From: Candidatus Arthromitus sp. SFB-rat-Yit
GTDB taxonomy: Bacteria; Bacillota; Clostridia; Clostridiales; Clostridiaceae
Direction: 5' to 3'
NCBI RefSeq assembly: GCF_000283555.1
Contig: NC_016012.1
Span: forward strand, 330,001-362,000
DNA length: 32,000 nucleotides
In this document: positions 1 through 9,281 of the stretch, piece after piece
Layout of the letters: the number at the start of each line of letters is the position of its first letter
Numbering within the stretch: the stretch's first letter is position 1
The notes under the pieces: model-generated
Told to the model about the DNA's origin: nothing
What the model saw: only the letters and a program-made list of their open reading frames with translations
Database searches by the model: none
Made by a program: the position numbers and the translations under genes

Positions 1-503
1 GGGTTTTGGTTGATATTTATGGGATTGGTATTTTGATTACGGGAGATAGCGGTATTGGTAAGAGTGAAACTGCTTTGGAACTTATAAAAAGAGGTCATAG
101 GATGATTTCTGATGATGCTGTTGATTTTCGGGAGATTGATAGGGAGATAATAGGGTATTGTCCTAGTATAACTTTTGGAATGCTTGAAGTTCGTGGGGTT
201 GGGATAATAGATATCACAGCTCTATATGGGTTATCTTCTGTTCTTGAAAGTAAGAAGCTTGATTTAATAATAGAACTTGAGCATTGGAAAGATGATGATT
301 CTTATGATAGACTTGGCATTGATAATTTATATAAAGAAATTTTAGGTGTTAAGGTAAAACTCGTACGTATACCAATACGTCCTGGAAGGAATGTATCTGT
401 TCTTGTTGAAGCTGCTGCTGCAAGTCATAGATATAAATTGACTGGTAGACTACCTGCAATAGATGTTATAGGCGAGAGAATGAAAAAAATTAGTCAAAAC
501 TAG
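1..503 (+). CDS. hprK: HPr kinase/phosphorylase, C-terminal part (5' end cut by window edge)
   Basis: Frame is open to the window edge (codons from nt 3). VLVDIYGIGILITGDSGIGKSETALELIKRGHRMISDDAVD carries the HprK/P Walker-A (GDSGIGKSE) and the adjacent signature. Stop TAG at 501-503. Confidence 0.9.
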   Translation, partial: VLVDIYGIGILITGDSGIGKSETALELIKRGHRMISDDAVDFREIDREIIGYCPSITFGMLEVRGVGIIDITALYGLSSVLESKKLDLIIELEHWKDDDSYDRLGIDNLYKEILGVKVKLVRIPIRPGRNVSVLVEAAAASHRYKLTGRLPAIDVIGERMKKISQN

Positions 504-570
504 ATTACGCATTTAATTTATTTAATAAGAGATACTAACTTATATAAATTATTTAAGTTGGTGATTTATT

Positions 571-1500
571 TTGATCGTATATAATATTTCAAAGCTTTTT
601 AAAGAAGAAGAAGAGTATGATCTTAATAAGTATTTATATTGGTTTATTTTAAGTGAGAATGAAATCTCATCAATACCTTTTGAACTTGATATGGAGTGTA
701 TATTTGATTCAAATTCAGCTAGGGGTTTTTCTCAAATTAATTTTTATAATGAATATACATTTATTGCTCTGGATGTGTTAGAATTTAACAATGATATATT
801 GAGTTTTGAGGATCTTAATATATTTTTCGGTAAAAATTATATTATAACAGTACATAAAAGTAAATTAGATGTTATAGATGAATTAATTCTTGATTTAAGG
901 GAAAATAAGAATTGTTTTGTTGTTAAAAATAATCCTAAAATATCAACACTTTTATATATGATAATAGACAGGGTAATACTTAAGAATTATTCAACAATAA
1001 GTTCTATAAGTTCGAAGTGTGATAAAATTGAGATAAGTATATTAAAAGAAGATTCTCGGAGGAATTTTGAGGAATTGGTTCGTCTTAGAGGTCAAGTATA
1101 TAGAGTTAAGAAATATTTATACCCTCTTAGATATATTGGTGATTCTTTAATATTAAATGAGAATGGTATTATAGATGGAAATGATATTATACTATTTGAG
1201 AGAATAAATGAAAAATTTCAAAAGCTTATGGGAGCAATTGAAAGTTTGAATCAACAATTATCACTTGTTAGAGAGGCGTATGAATCTGAGCTTTCAAATA
1301 AGACAAATCAACTTATGAAGGTTTTTACACTTGTTGCATCTATTTTTCTTCCTCTTGATTTACTTACAAGTTTTTTTGGGATGAGTTTTGAGATTATGCC
1401 ACTTAGGCATTCTTGTTATTCTATACATATAGTTATTTTTGTAATGATTATAATTGTATGTTTACTTATAATTTTGTTTAAAAAGAAAGATTGGTTATAA
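571..1500 (+). CDS. CorA-family divalent cation channel, variant GMS motif
   Basis: 309 aa with TTG start. Soluble N-domain plus two C-terminal TM helices. The loop FLPLDLLTSFFGMSFEIMP aligns with CorA FLPLTxIxGxYGMNFxxMP but has GMS instead of GMN. Confidence 0.75.
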   Translation: MIVYNISKLFKEEEEYDLNKYLYWFILSENEISSIPFELDMECIFDSNSARGFSQINFYNEYTFIALDVLEFNNDILSFEDLNIFFGKNYIITVHKSKLDVIDELILDLRENKNCFVVKNNPKISTLLYMIIDRVILKNYSTISSISSKCDKIEISILKEDSRRNFEELVRLRGQVYRVKKYLYPLRYIGDSLILNENGIIDGNDIILFERINEKFQKLMGAIESLNQQLSLVREAYESELSNKTNQLMKVFTLVASIFLPLDLLTSFFGMSFEIMPLRHSCYSIHIVIFVMIIIVCLLIILFKKKDWL

Positions 1501-1527
1501 AAATTTTTAAATATTAAGGGGTGTATT

Positions 1528-2925
1528 ATGACAGATAAAATTTCATCTAAGATTACATGGGAAAATTATAGTGGTGAAAACTTATTGGAACTTGAGGAAT
1601 TATGTAATGGATATAAGAGTTTTATAAGTTCAAATAAAACAGAGAGAGAATGTGTTAATTATTTTATTAATGAGTGTATTAAACATAATTTTAAGGATTT
1701 AAGAGAGGTAATAGAAAGAGGAGAAAAACTTAAAAAAGGAGATAGGGTTTATTATTCAAAAATGGATAAAACTCTTATTTTAGCTATAATTGGTGAGGAA
1801 AATTTAGAAAATGGTTTTAATATAATAGGTTCTCATATTGATGCTCCTAGAGTTGATATAAAACAATCTCCGGTATATGAAGTGGATGGATTATGTTATT
1901 TTGATACTCATTATTATGGAGGTATTAAAAAGTATCATTGGGTTGCACGTCCTATGTGTTTAAAAGGTGTAGTAATAAAGAGTAATGGAGATAAGGTTAC
2001 TATAGATATAGGTGATGGGGAAAATGATCCATATATTGGATTTTCTGACCTGTTACCGCATCTCTGGAAAGATCAAGCAATGAAAAAAGGTGTTGATGTT
2101 ATTGAAGGAGAGCAGTTGAATTTGCTTGTAGGTTCTAAGCCTTCAAATTCAGAAAAAAATAAGGTTAAGAATGCCATATTATCAATATTAAATGAAAAAT
2201 ATGGTATATATGAAGAGGATTTAATTTCTTCAGAATTAGAGGCTGTACCAGCTGGACCTGCTAAAGATTATGGTTTAGATAGAAGTATGATAATTGGATA
2301 TGGTCAAGATGATAGAGTTTGTGCATTTACTTCATTTATGGCCATGCTTAGAATAAATGAAATGCCAAAAAGAACAAGTGTATGTATACTAGTTGATAAG
2401 GAAGAAATTGGTAGTACTGGTGCAACTGGAATGGATTCAAAATTATTTGAAAATTTTTCAGCTGAAATTTTAAATTGTTGTTTAGATAATTATTCGGATT
2501 TAATTTTGAGGAGAGCTTTAGATAGATCATATATGTTGTCTGCTGATGTTACATGTGCATATGATGCAAACTTCCCAAATGAAACTCCTAAGCAGAGTAC
2601 TGCATTTTTTGGAAAAGGAGTTGCAATATCTAAGTATACAGGTTCAAGAGGGAAAAGTGGATGTAACGATGCGAATCCTGAGTTTTTAGGGAAATTAAGA
2701 AATATATTTAATAAGGAAGGGGTTTATTATCAAGTAGGTGAACTTGGTAAAGTTGATCAAGGAGGAGGCGGAACAATAGCATATTTCTTATCTAGATATG
2801 GTATGGAAGTTGTGGATATTGGAGTTCCACTACAAAATATGCATGCTCCTTTTGAAGTCGCATCAAAAGCTGATATTTATGAAGCATATAGAGCGTATAG
2901 AACATTTTATAGAGATTTGGTATAA
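1528..2925 (+). CDS. M18-family aminopeptidase (aspartyl-aminopeptidase-like)
   Basis: 465 aa with AAGGGG SD. Motifs IIGSHIDAPR, YGQDDRVCAF, VDKEEIGSTGATG and NMHAPFE are typical of M18 metalloaminopeptidases. Confidence 0.85.
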   Translation: MTDKISSKITWENYSGENLLELEELCNGYKSFISSNKTERECVNYFINECIKHNFKDLREVIERGEKLKKGDRVYYSKMDKTLILAIIGEENLENGFNIIGSHIDAPRVDIKQSPVYEVDGLCYFDTHYYGGIKKYHWVARPMCLKGVVIKSNGDKVTIDIGDGENDPYIGFSDLLPHLWKDQAMKKGVDVIEGEQLNLLVGSKPSNSEKNKVKNAILSILNEKYGIYEEDLISSELEAVPAGPAKDYGLDRSMIIGYGQDDRVCAFTSFMAMLRINEMPKRTSVCILVDKEEIGSTGATGMDSKLFENFSAEILNCCLDNYSDLILRRALDRSYMLSADVTCAYDANFPNETPKQSTAFFGKGVAISKYTGSRGKSGCNDANPEFLGKLRNIFNKEGVYYQVGELGKVDQGGGGTIAYFLSRYGMEVVDIGVPLQNMHAPFEVASKADIYEAYRAYRTFYRDLV

Positions 2926-2931
2926 ATTTTT

Positions 2932-2966
2932 AGAGGGTAATTTTAGGAATTACCCTCTATTTTTAT
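2932..2966 (+). terminator. Rho-independent terminator after the aminopeptidase gene
   Basis: Perfect 11-bp stem AGAGGGTAATT / AATTACCCTCT, 5-nt loop, then ATTTTTAT. Confidence 0.8.
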
Positions 2967-3094
2967 ATTTTATTACAAATTTGTAATAATTATTAAATTC
3001 TTGAAAACTATTAAAAAATATGCTAAAATGTTAATAATAATAAAACATATTTAAATTCATATTAATAAATTGAATAGATTTAGGAGGGGTGTAG

Positions 3095-5404
3095 TTGGCT
3101 AGCAATAAAAAATCTAAAAATCTAAGAAAAGGAATTGCAACTACTACAGCTGTAGCAAGCGCTGTTTTACAGGCAGGGGTAGTTGCAGGTGCTACTGTTT
3201 CGTCTGGCAATCAAGCTAATCAGAATCAATTGACTCAAGATCAAAACAACCAGAATCAAACAAATCAAAATCAAGTAAGTCAAGACCAAGTAGTTAATAA
3301 TCAATTGACTCAAAATCAAGTTAATAAAACAGATTCTAATTATCCTGAAGTACCTTATTTTTATTATTGGACTACTGGGGATAGAGTTTATATAAATTGG
3401 GATTATGGTCATATAGCCAATAGACCTAGTAAAATCGAGGCTGTAATAGATAAGGATAGTAATTTTTTAAATCCAGGATACATAGAGGTTAAACCTAAAG
3501 GAGCAGAATTTACACCTAATATTCAAGGTGATTTTTATTTAAGAGTAAGATTTTTTGACTCAAAAGGAAGTGTGACTCATGAGAGTATTAGAAAAGTTTC
3601 TAGAAATTCAACTGAAACAAGAGATATAAGAGGTTTAAAATATGAGTTCGTAGGAGCGGGTGTAAAATTAAGTTGGGCAAATTTTGTTGATGGTATTAAA
3701 TCTGTAAGAATATCTGTTGATGGAAAAGCTTATAAGGATTTAACAGCATCAGATGTAAGCTCGAACTCATATATTGTTGAAAATGTTAAAGATGGGTCAG
3801 AAATAAAGATCACTATTATAAACGGGAATGGGCTTGAGTATAACGGATCTGTTATTGTAAAAGAAGGTGCAATTCAACAATCTTCAGTTATGAAATTGGG
3901 ATTAAGCAGTGATTTAGTAGGTATAAATGTAGATTTATCTAATTCTAACTTTAAGAGCGGAAATGAGTTTTTAGTTGATGTAGTCGAAAAAAATGGGAAT
4001 ACACCTGTAGTTTCTCAGTATTCGGTTGTTTTAAGTGAAGATAGTGGTTCATTTAATATATATCCAGATACTGGAAAAACTTTATTTAGTGGTGAATATT
4101 CTGTTAAAATAAAAGACGTTAAGACAGGAAATGTTTATACATACGATTATACTCATAGATTACATAATCTTTCTAATTTTGTATATTCATCTAATAATGG
4201 AGAAGTAGTAGCCTCTTGGAATAAGTTAGAACCTATGGTATATAGTGATATTGTTTGGAGTACATCAGAAGATTTTTCAAACTACAATACTGTAGAAGTT
4301 TTGGAAGGTAGAAGTGGGGTTAAGTTTAATACGGATGTAAAAACTGGTAATATTTATTTGTTACTTACAACCTATGACAAGGATAAAAGAGTACTTTCTC
4401 AAAATTATGGTGTTTTAGATATGTCACAGGTAAGATCTCAAATTAATAATTTTAAAGCATATTATAAAACTAATAATACTGTAGAGTTTACTTGGGATAA
4501 GGTAAATGCAAATATACAAAAGGCTATGATAATGGTTAATGATAATGCATTTGTTTTATCTGGAGCAGAGATAGGGATTCTAAATAGTACAAATACGTTA
4601 ACAGTAGGAGGATTTGAGAAGGGTAATAAATATGATGTTACTTTGTATTTAATAGATGAAGAAGGAAAATCATATTCAGCATCTACTTCTTCTATAAGTG
4701 AATCTTCAGACTCTCAATCATCTAATGTAATTTTAGTTGCCCCAAATGGAATTAGTGGTAAGTATATATTAAATCCAGGAGTATTGTCTTTATTATTAGA
4801 TCAAAATATTTATGATATTTCACAAAATTCTGCAATTTCTATAACAATAGATGGAAAAGATATATCAAGTTTAATGCCAGTATTTGTTAAAGAAACAAAT
4901 GCAATCAATATAAGAGGATTAGTTCCAGGAAAGACTTATAATAATATTGTTATCGAGTATATGGATAGTAAAGGAGAAACCAAATCTATAAAGATAGATT
5001 CTCTTTTAATTAGTAAGGGAGGAAATCTAGATTCATTCCTTATCAATGCGTATAATAGAGCTTTAAGTCGTGAAACTCAAAATATTGATGAAGAAGGATA
5101 TAACTATTGGAAGAACGGACTTTTAAGTAAAAATATAAGCTTGAGTTATTTTATAAAGAATTTAGGATATGTACCTGAATTTATGGACTTAGTGAAATCA
5201 CCTCAAGAATTAGTTACAAGACTCTATAATGTATTAGTTTTGAGAGATCCAGAACCTCAAGGTCTTCAATTCTGGGTAAATGTATATAATGAGTTAATTG
5301 CAAATGGAGTTTCTCATACGGAATCAGTTACGAAGATACTCAGTGATATGACAACAAGCAATGAATTTGCAGATCTTGCTGCAAGGATTGGTGTAAATCC
5401 GTAA
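3095..5404 (+). CDS. Secreted/cell-surface protein: signal peptide, Q/N-rich linker, repeated FN3-like beta-sandwich modules, C-terminal tandem DUF4214-like domain
   Basis: 769 aa, TTG start after AGGAGGGG. The N-terminus KKSKNLRKGIATTTAVASAVLQAGVVAGA looks like a Sec signal. Recurring module-start signatures are VKLSWANF, VVASWNKL and VEFTWDKV. The C-terminus (nt 5024-5401) has two copies of the DUF4214-type pattern (INAYNRALSRE..GYNYW and RLYNVLVLRDPEPQGLQFW ... SNEF). Confidence 0.6.
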   Translation: MASNKKSKNLRKGIATTTAVASAVLQAGVVAGATVSSGNQANQNQLTQDQNNQNQTNQNQVSQDQVVNNQLTQNQVNKTDSNYPEVPYFYYWTTGDRVYINWDYGHIANRPSKIEAVIDKDSNFLNPGYIEVKPKGAEFTPNIQGDFYLRVRFFDSKGSVTHESIRKVSRNSTETRDIRGLKYEFVGAGVKLSWANFVDGIKSVRISVDGKAYKDLTASDVSSNSYIVENVKDGSEIKITIINGNGLEYNGSVIVKEGAIQQSSVMKLGLSSDLVGINVDLSNSNFKSGNEFLVDVVEKNGNTPVVSQYSVVLSEDSGSFNIYPDTGKTLFSGEYSVKIKDVKTGNVYTYDYTHRLHNLSNFVYSSNNGEVVASWNKLEPMVYSDIVWSTSEDFSNYNTVEVLEGRSGVKFNTDVKTGNIYLLLTTYDKDKRVLSQNYGVLDMSQVRSQINNFKAYYKTNNTVEFTWDKVNANIQKAMIMVNDNAFVLSGAEIGILNSTNTLTVGGFEKGNKYDVTLYLIDEEGKSYSASTSSISESSDSQSSNVILVAPNGISGKYILNPGVLSLLLDQNIYDISQNSAISITIDGKDISSLMPVFVKETNAINIRGLVPGKTYNNIVIEYMDSKGETKSIKIDSLLISKGGNLDSFLINAYNRALSRETQNIDEEGYNYWKNGLLSKNISLSYFIKNLGYVPEFMDLVKSPQELVTRLYNVLVLRDPEPQGLQFWVNVYNELIANGVSHTESVTKILSDMTTSNEFADLAARIGVNP
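3209..3325 (+). repeat. Low-complexity AAT/CAA-rich tract encoding an N/Q linker
   Basis: Encodes NQANQNQLTQDQNNQNQTNQNQVSQDQVVNNQLTQNQVN through degenerate aatcaa/caaaatcaa iterations. Confidence 0.8.
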
Positions 5405-5445
5405 AAAATTAACTTGTTGAATGAAATGGAATATTAATTTATTAT

Positions 5446-5480
5446 AAAGATAGAGAGTAATTCTCTATCTTTGTTTTTTT
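5446..5480 (+). terminator. Rho-independent terminator after the surface-protein gene
   Basis: 11-bp stem AAAGATAGAGA / TCTCTATCTTT, loop GTAAT, then GTTTTTTT. Confidence 0.8.
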
Positions 5481-5503
5481 AGAATTTTTTAGGAGTGTGA
5501 TGT

Positions 5504-6259
5504 ATGAAAAAAATATTAGCATCAGATTTAGATGGTACACTTGTGTTTGGAAGTAAAATTTATAATTTTGATAAAGAAAGTATATTAAAAATGAAAAAAC
5601 ATGGTTATTTATTTGGTATTTCAACAGGGAGACCTTATAATGGAGTTAAATTTATTTGTGATAATTATAATATAGAGCCAGATTTTTATGTTTTATTGAA
5701 TGGGGCATTAGTTATTAATAAGGGAAACTCAGTACTAAAGCATGAAGGTATACCTTATAAAATAGTGAAAGAGATTTACTCTAAATATAAAAATTATAAT
5801 TTTATTGGGATTGATAATGGATATGAGAGTATAACATTGAAGGGAGATAATACTTATTATTGGGATTTTGTGAGACATGGGACAATTGATGAATTAGAGG
5901 ATAATAAAAATTCTTTAATATCGATAAATTTTTCGAACATATCTGTTGAGGAAATTGATGAAATATGTAACAATGTAAATAGTGAGTTTGGGGATGAGAT
6001 CATAGCATTTAGAAATTTAAATTTTATAGATATTGTACCTAAGGGATGCTCTAAAGGAAATGGAGTTAAGTTGATTTTAGAAGAACTTGGGATGAATAAA
6101 GATAATTTATATGTTATTGGAGATTCTTACAATGATATTAGTATGTTTAATGAAACAAACAATTCATTTACATTTAATAGAGTTGAGAAGAATTTAAAAA
6201 GTTATGCAAATTTTTTAGTTGATTCAGTTAGTGAATGTATAGAACAGTATATTTTATAA
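5504..6259 (+). CDS. HAD-superfamily hydrolase, Cof-type (HAD-IIB) phosphatase
   Basis: 251 aa. Motif I is SDLDGTL, motif II STGRP, motif IV GDSYNDISMF. Confidence 0.85.
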   Translation: MKKILASDLDGTLVFGSKIYNFDKESILKMKKHGYLFGISTGRPYNGVKFICDNYNIEPDFYVLLNGALVINKGNSVLKHEGIPYKIVKEIYSKYKNYNFIGIDNGYESITLKGDNTYYWDFVRHGTIDELEDNKNSLISINFSNISVEEIDEICNNVNSEFGDEIIAFRNLNFIDIVPKGCSKGNGVKLILEELGMNKDNLYVIGDSYNDISMFNETNNSFTFNRVEKNLKSYANFLVDSVSECIEQYIL

Positions 6260-6442
6260 TTGTTATAAAAAGTAAAATTTATTATGTTAATGTAAATATA
6301 ATTTAAATATAAAAATTACATTTACCGAAAAAAATATTATTAGGATATTTATTGTGTATTTTGGGAATAAAAATATTATAAATATTTTAATTAATTTTTA
6401 AAAACAGTTTCACATTTTATTTTTAAAAATTTTGGATAAGTG

Positions 6443-6472
6443 TTGCTTGGAGAAAACGTTTTCTAGTATAAT
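6443..6472 (+). promoter_or_regulatory. Candidate sigma-A promoter of the PTS operon
   Basis: TTGCTT (6443-6448), 18-nt spacer, TATAAT (6467-6472), about 40 nt upstream of the TTG start. Confidence 0.5.
6451..6464. promoter_or_regulatory. cre-like palindrome (candidate CcpA operator) inside the promoter spacer
   Basis: AGAAAACGTTTTCT has a perfect 12-bp palindromic core GAAAACGTTTTC. It matches cre consensus TGNAANCGNWNNCA at G2, A4, A5, C7, G8, W10 and C13. Confidence 0.45.
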
Positions 6473-6509
6473 GTATGTAACGTTATGTAAAAATTAAGGG
6501 GGAATTAAC

Positions 6510-7481
6510 TTGGTAGGAATTATTCTTGCTAGTCATGGTAAATTCGCTGATGGTATTTTACAATCTGGATCAATGATTTTCGGAGATCAAGAAAATGTAG
6601 AATCTGTTATATTATTACCAAACGAAGGACCTGATGATATAAAGCTAAAGATGGAAAATGCTATTAGTAGAATGGATAATAAAGATGAAATATTATTTTT
6701 AGTCGATATGTGGGGAGGAACGCCATTTAATCAAGCAAATAAATTAGTTAGTGAAAATAAAGGTAAGTGGGCTATAGTTACAGGTTTAAACTTACCTATG
6801 TTAATTGAAGCATATGCTTCTCGATTATCGATGGAAACTGCTTATGATATTGCAAAACATATATTATCTGAATCAAAGGAAGGAATAAAAATTCTTCCAG
6901 AAGAGTTAGAAGAGAAAATTGGAAAGAAACAATCTATCAATAAGATGGTAAATGTAAATTTAGATACTGGTAAGAGGATAGAGTATGTTTTAGCTAGGAT
7001 AGATACTAGGTTATTACATGGACAAGTTGCTACATCTTGGACTAAATCAGTTAATCCAAACAGAATTATAGTTGTATCTGATAATGTTTCTAAAGATGAT
7101 TTAAGAAAAAAAATGATTGAACAAGCTGCTCCTCCAGGAGTTAAAGCTCATGTTGTTCCAATTGATAAAATGGTTCAAGTTGATAAAGATACCAGATTTG
7201 GAAATACCCGAGCTATGCTTCTATTTGAAAGTGCAATTGATGCATTAAAAGCAGTTGAAAGTGGAGTTAATATAAAAGAGATTAACTTAGGTTCAATTGC
7301 ACATTCAATAGGTAAGGTAGTTGTAAATAGAGCAATAGCTATGGGAAAAGACGATATTGAGGCAATCGAAAAACTAATTTCTCTTGGTATAAAATTTAAT
7401 GTAAAGAAGGTACCTAGTGATTCTAGTGAAAATATAAATAATCTTTTAAAGAAAGCAAAATCAGAATTATCAAATAATTAG
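6510..7481 (+). CDS. manX: PTS mannose-family EIIAB component
   Basis: 323 aa, TTG start after AAGGGGG. The EIIA-Man N-terminus is MVGIILASHGKFA (phospho-His). The EIIB-Man domain has RIDTRLLHGQV (phospho-His). Confidence 0.9.
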   Translation: MVGIILASHGKFADGILQSGSMIFGDQENVESVILLPNEGPDDIKLKMENAISRMDNKDEILFLVDMWGGTPFNQANKLVSENKGKWAIVTGLNLPMLIEAYASRLSMETAYDIAKHILSESKEGIKILPEELEEKIGKKQSINKMVNVNLDTGKRIEYVLARIDTRLLHGQVATSWTKSVNPNRIIVVSDNVSKDDLRKKMIEQAAPPGVKAHVVPIDKMVQVDKDTRFGNTRAMLLFESAIDALKAVESGVNIKEINLGSIAHSIGKVVVNRAIAMGKDDIEAIEKLISLGIKFNVKKVPSDSSENINNLLKKAKSELSNN

Positions 7482-7495
7482 AGGAGGAATGATTA

Positions 7496-8308
7496 ATGTC
7501 TGCCATTACTATAGTTTTAATTATTATAATAGCATTACTTGCTGGTATGGAGGGTATTCTTGATGAATTTCAGTTTCATCAACCACTAGTAGTTTGTACA
7601 TTAATAGGTTTAGTAAGTGGTCATTTGACAGAAGGTATTATCTTGGGAGGATCGCTTCAAATGATAGCACTTGGATGGGCAAATATTGGAGCCGCAGTAG
7701 CACCAGATGCTGCACTTGCATCAGTTGCATCATCTATACTAATGGTTTTAGGTCTTCAAAATAGAGCAGTAGATACTCAAACTGTAATCTCAACATCTAT
7801 TGCTGTTGCTATACCATTATCAGTTGCAGGATTATTCCTTACAATGCTTTGCAGAACGATAACAATCCCAATAGTTCACTTTATGGATAAAGCTGCCGAA
7901 AAAGGTAAAATAAGGGTAATAGAGGCTTGGCAAATTGTGAGTATATTTTTACAAGGTATACGTATAGCAATACCTGCAGCAGCACTTTGTATTATACCAG
8001 CATCAGTTGTAACAGATGCCTTGAGTGCGATGCCAAGTTGGTTATCAACAGGTATGGCAATTGGTGGAGGAATGGTAGCAGCAGTTGGTTATGCTATGGT
8101 AATTAATATGATGTCAACTAAAGAAACTTGGGCATTCTTTATATTAGGATTTGTTCTTGCAGCAATAGGACAATTAACATTAATTGCTTTAGGTGCTATC
8201 GGACTTGCATTAGCAATTATATATTTAACGCTAAAAGAGAATTCAGGAAATGGTAGAGGTGGAACTGGTTCAGGTGATCCACTTGGAGATATTTTAAATG
8301 ATTATTAA
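7496..8308 (+). CDS. manY: PTS mannose-family EIIC component
   Basis: 270 aa polytopic membrane protein directly after EIIAB, with the G/A-rich helices typical of ManY. Confidence 0.9.
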   Translation: MSAITIVLIIIIALLAGMEGILDEFQFHQPLVVCTLIGLVSGHLTEGIILGGSLQMIALGWANIGAAVAPDAALASVASSILMVLGLQNRAVDTQTVISTSIAVAIPLSVAGLFLTMLCRTITIPIVHFMDKAAEKGKIRVIEAWQIVSIFLQGIRIAIPAAALCIIPASVVTDALSAMPSWLSTGMAIGGGMVAAVGYAMVINMMSTKETWAFFILGFVLAAIGQLTLIALGAIGLALAIIYLTLKENSGNGRGGTGSGDPLGDILNDY

Positions 8309-8331
8309 AATTTTAATGGAGGATATAAGTA

Positions 8332-9249
8332 ATGCAAGAGAAAATTAAATTATCGAAAAAAGATCGTATAAGTGTTGCTTGGCGTCACCAGTTTCTTCAG
8401 GGTTCTTGGAACTATGAGCGTATGCAAAATGGAGGATGGTGTTATTCTATAATTCCTGCCATAAAGAAACTTTATAAAACTGATGAGGAGAGAGCAGCCG
8501 CATTAAAAAGACATTTAGAATTCTATAATACACATCCGTATGTATCTGCACCAGTTATGGGTGTAACTCTTGCTCTGGAAGAGGAGAGAGCAAATGGAGC
8601 GGATGTTAATGATCAGTCTATACAAGGTGTTAAAATCGGTATGATGGGACCACTTGCAGGCGTTGGTGATCCAATATTCTGGTTTACTTTACGTCCTATA
8701 CTTGGAGCTTTGGGAGCATCACTAGCATTAAGTGGGAATATTGTAGGTCCATTAATATTCTTCTTTGTTTGGAATATTATTCGTATGGGATTTTTGTGGT
8801 ATACTCAAGAGTTTGGATATAAGGTTGGAAACTCGATAGCAAAAGATTTATCAGGAGGACTTTTAAGAAATATTACTCAAGGTGCATCTATATTGGGTAT
8901 GTTTATTATTGGTGCTCTCGTACAAAGATGGGTTAGTATTTCGTTTACACCAGTAGTATCTAGAGTTACGCAGCAAGAAGGTGCGTATATTGACTGGAGT
9001 AAAATACAATCTGGTGCTGAAGGTATAAAGAGTGCATTAGAACAGTATAGTTCTTTGGGTGTAAATGGATTAAATATTGAGAAAGTTACAACTTTACAAC
9101 AAAACTTGGATCAATTAATACCAGGTCTTGCAGCATTATTGCTAACTCTCTTATGTTGCTTTTTACTTAAAAAGAAAGTTTCTCCTATAGTAATAATAGT
9201 TGCTTTATTTGTAGTGGGTATAGTTGCACATTTACTTAACATTATGTAG
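8332..9249 (+). CDS. manZ: PTS mannose-family EIID component
   Basis: 305 aa. The N-terminus RHQFLQGSWNYERMQNGGW and HLEFYNTHPY are hallmark ManZ motifs. Confidence 0.9.
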   Translation: MQEKIKLSKKDRISVAWRHQFLQGSWNYERMQNGGWCYSIIPAIKKLYKTDEERAAALKRHLEFYNTHPYVSAPVMGVTLALEEERANGADVNDQSIQGVKIGMMGPLAGVGDPIFWFTLRPILGALGASLALSGNIVGPLIFFFVWNIIRMGFLWYTQEFGYKVGNSIAKDLSGGLLRNITQGASILGMFIIGALVQRWVSISFTPVVSRVTQQEGAYIDWSKIQSGAEGIKSALEQYSSLGVNGLNIEKVTTLQQNLDQLIPGLAALLLTLLCCFLLKKKVSPIVIIVALFVVGIVAHLLNIM

Positions 9250-9281
9250 TAATGTAGTGCAATTTATTTAGGAGAGTATAT

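Noticed and set aside
2348-2530. Antisense or overlapping short ORFs: 2348-2530, 2798-2986, 3167-3412, 5442-5624, 10135-10326, 14377-14586, 15909-16100, 16437-16640, 17840-18025, 18209-18394, 20804-20992, 21008-21223, 22976-23293, 27501-27704, 29197-29487, 29288-29494 and 30294-30515.
   Set aside because: All lie inside or opposite well-supported genes, or over terminators and promoters. They lack SD sequences and have the I/L/F/K/N-rich junk composition expected of shadow frames in AT-rich DNA.
6433-6447. Sigma-54-like -24/-12 element (TGGATAAGTGTTGCT) upstream of the mannose PTS operon, as expected for LevR/ManR-controlled man operons.
   Set aside because: The GG-to-GC spacing is one nucleotide shorter than the strict TGGCAC-N5-TTGC geometry, and the -24 box is TGGATA, not TGGCAC. 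A good sigma-A -10 (TATAAT) follows, and no sigma-54 activator gene is in the window.
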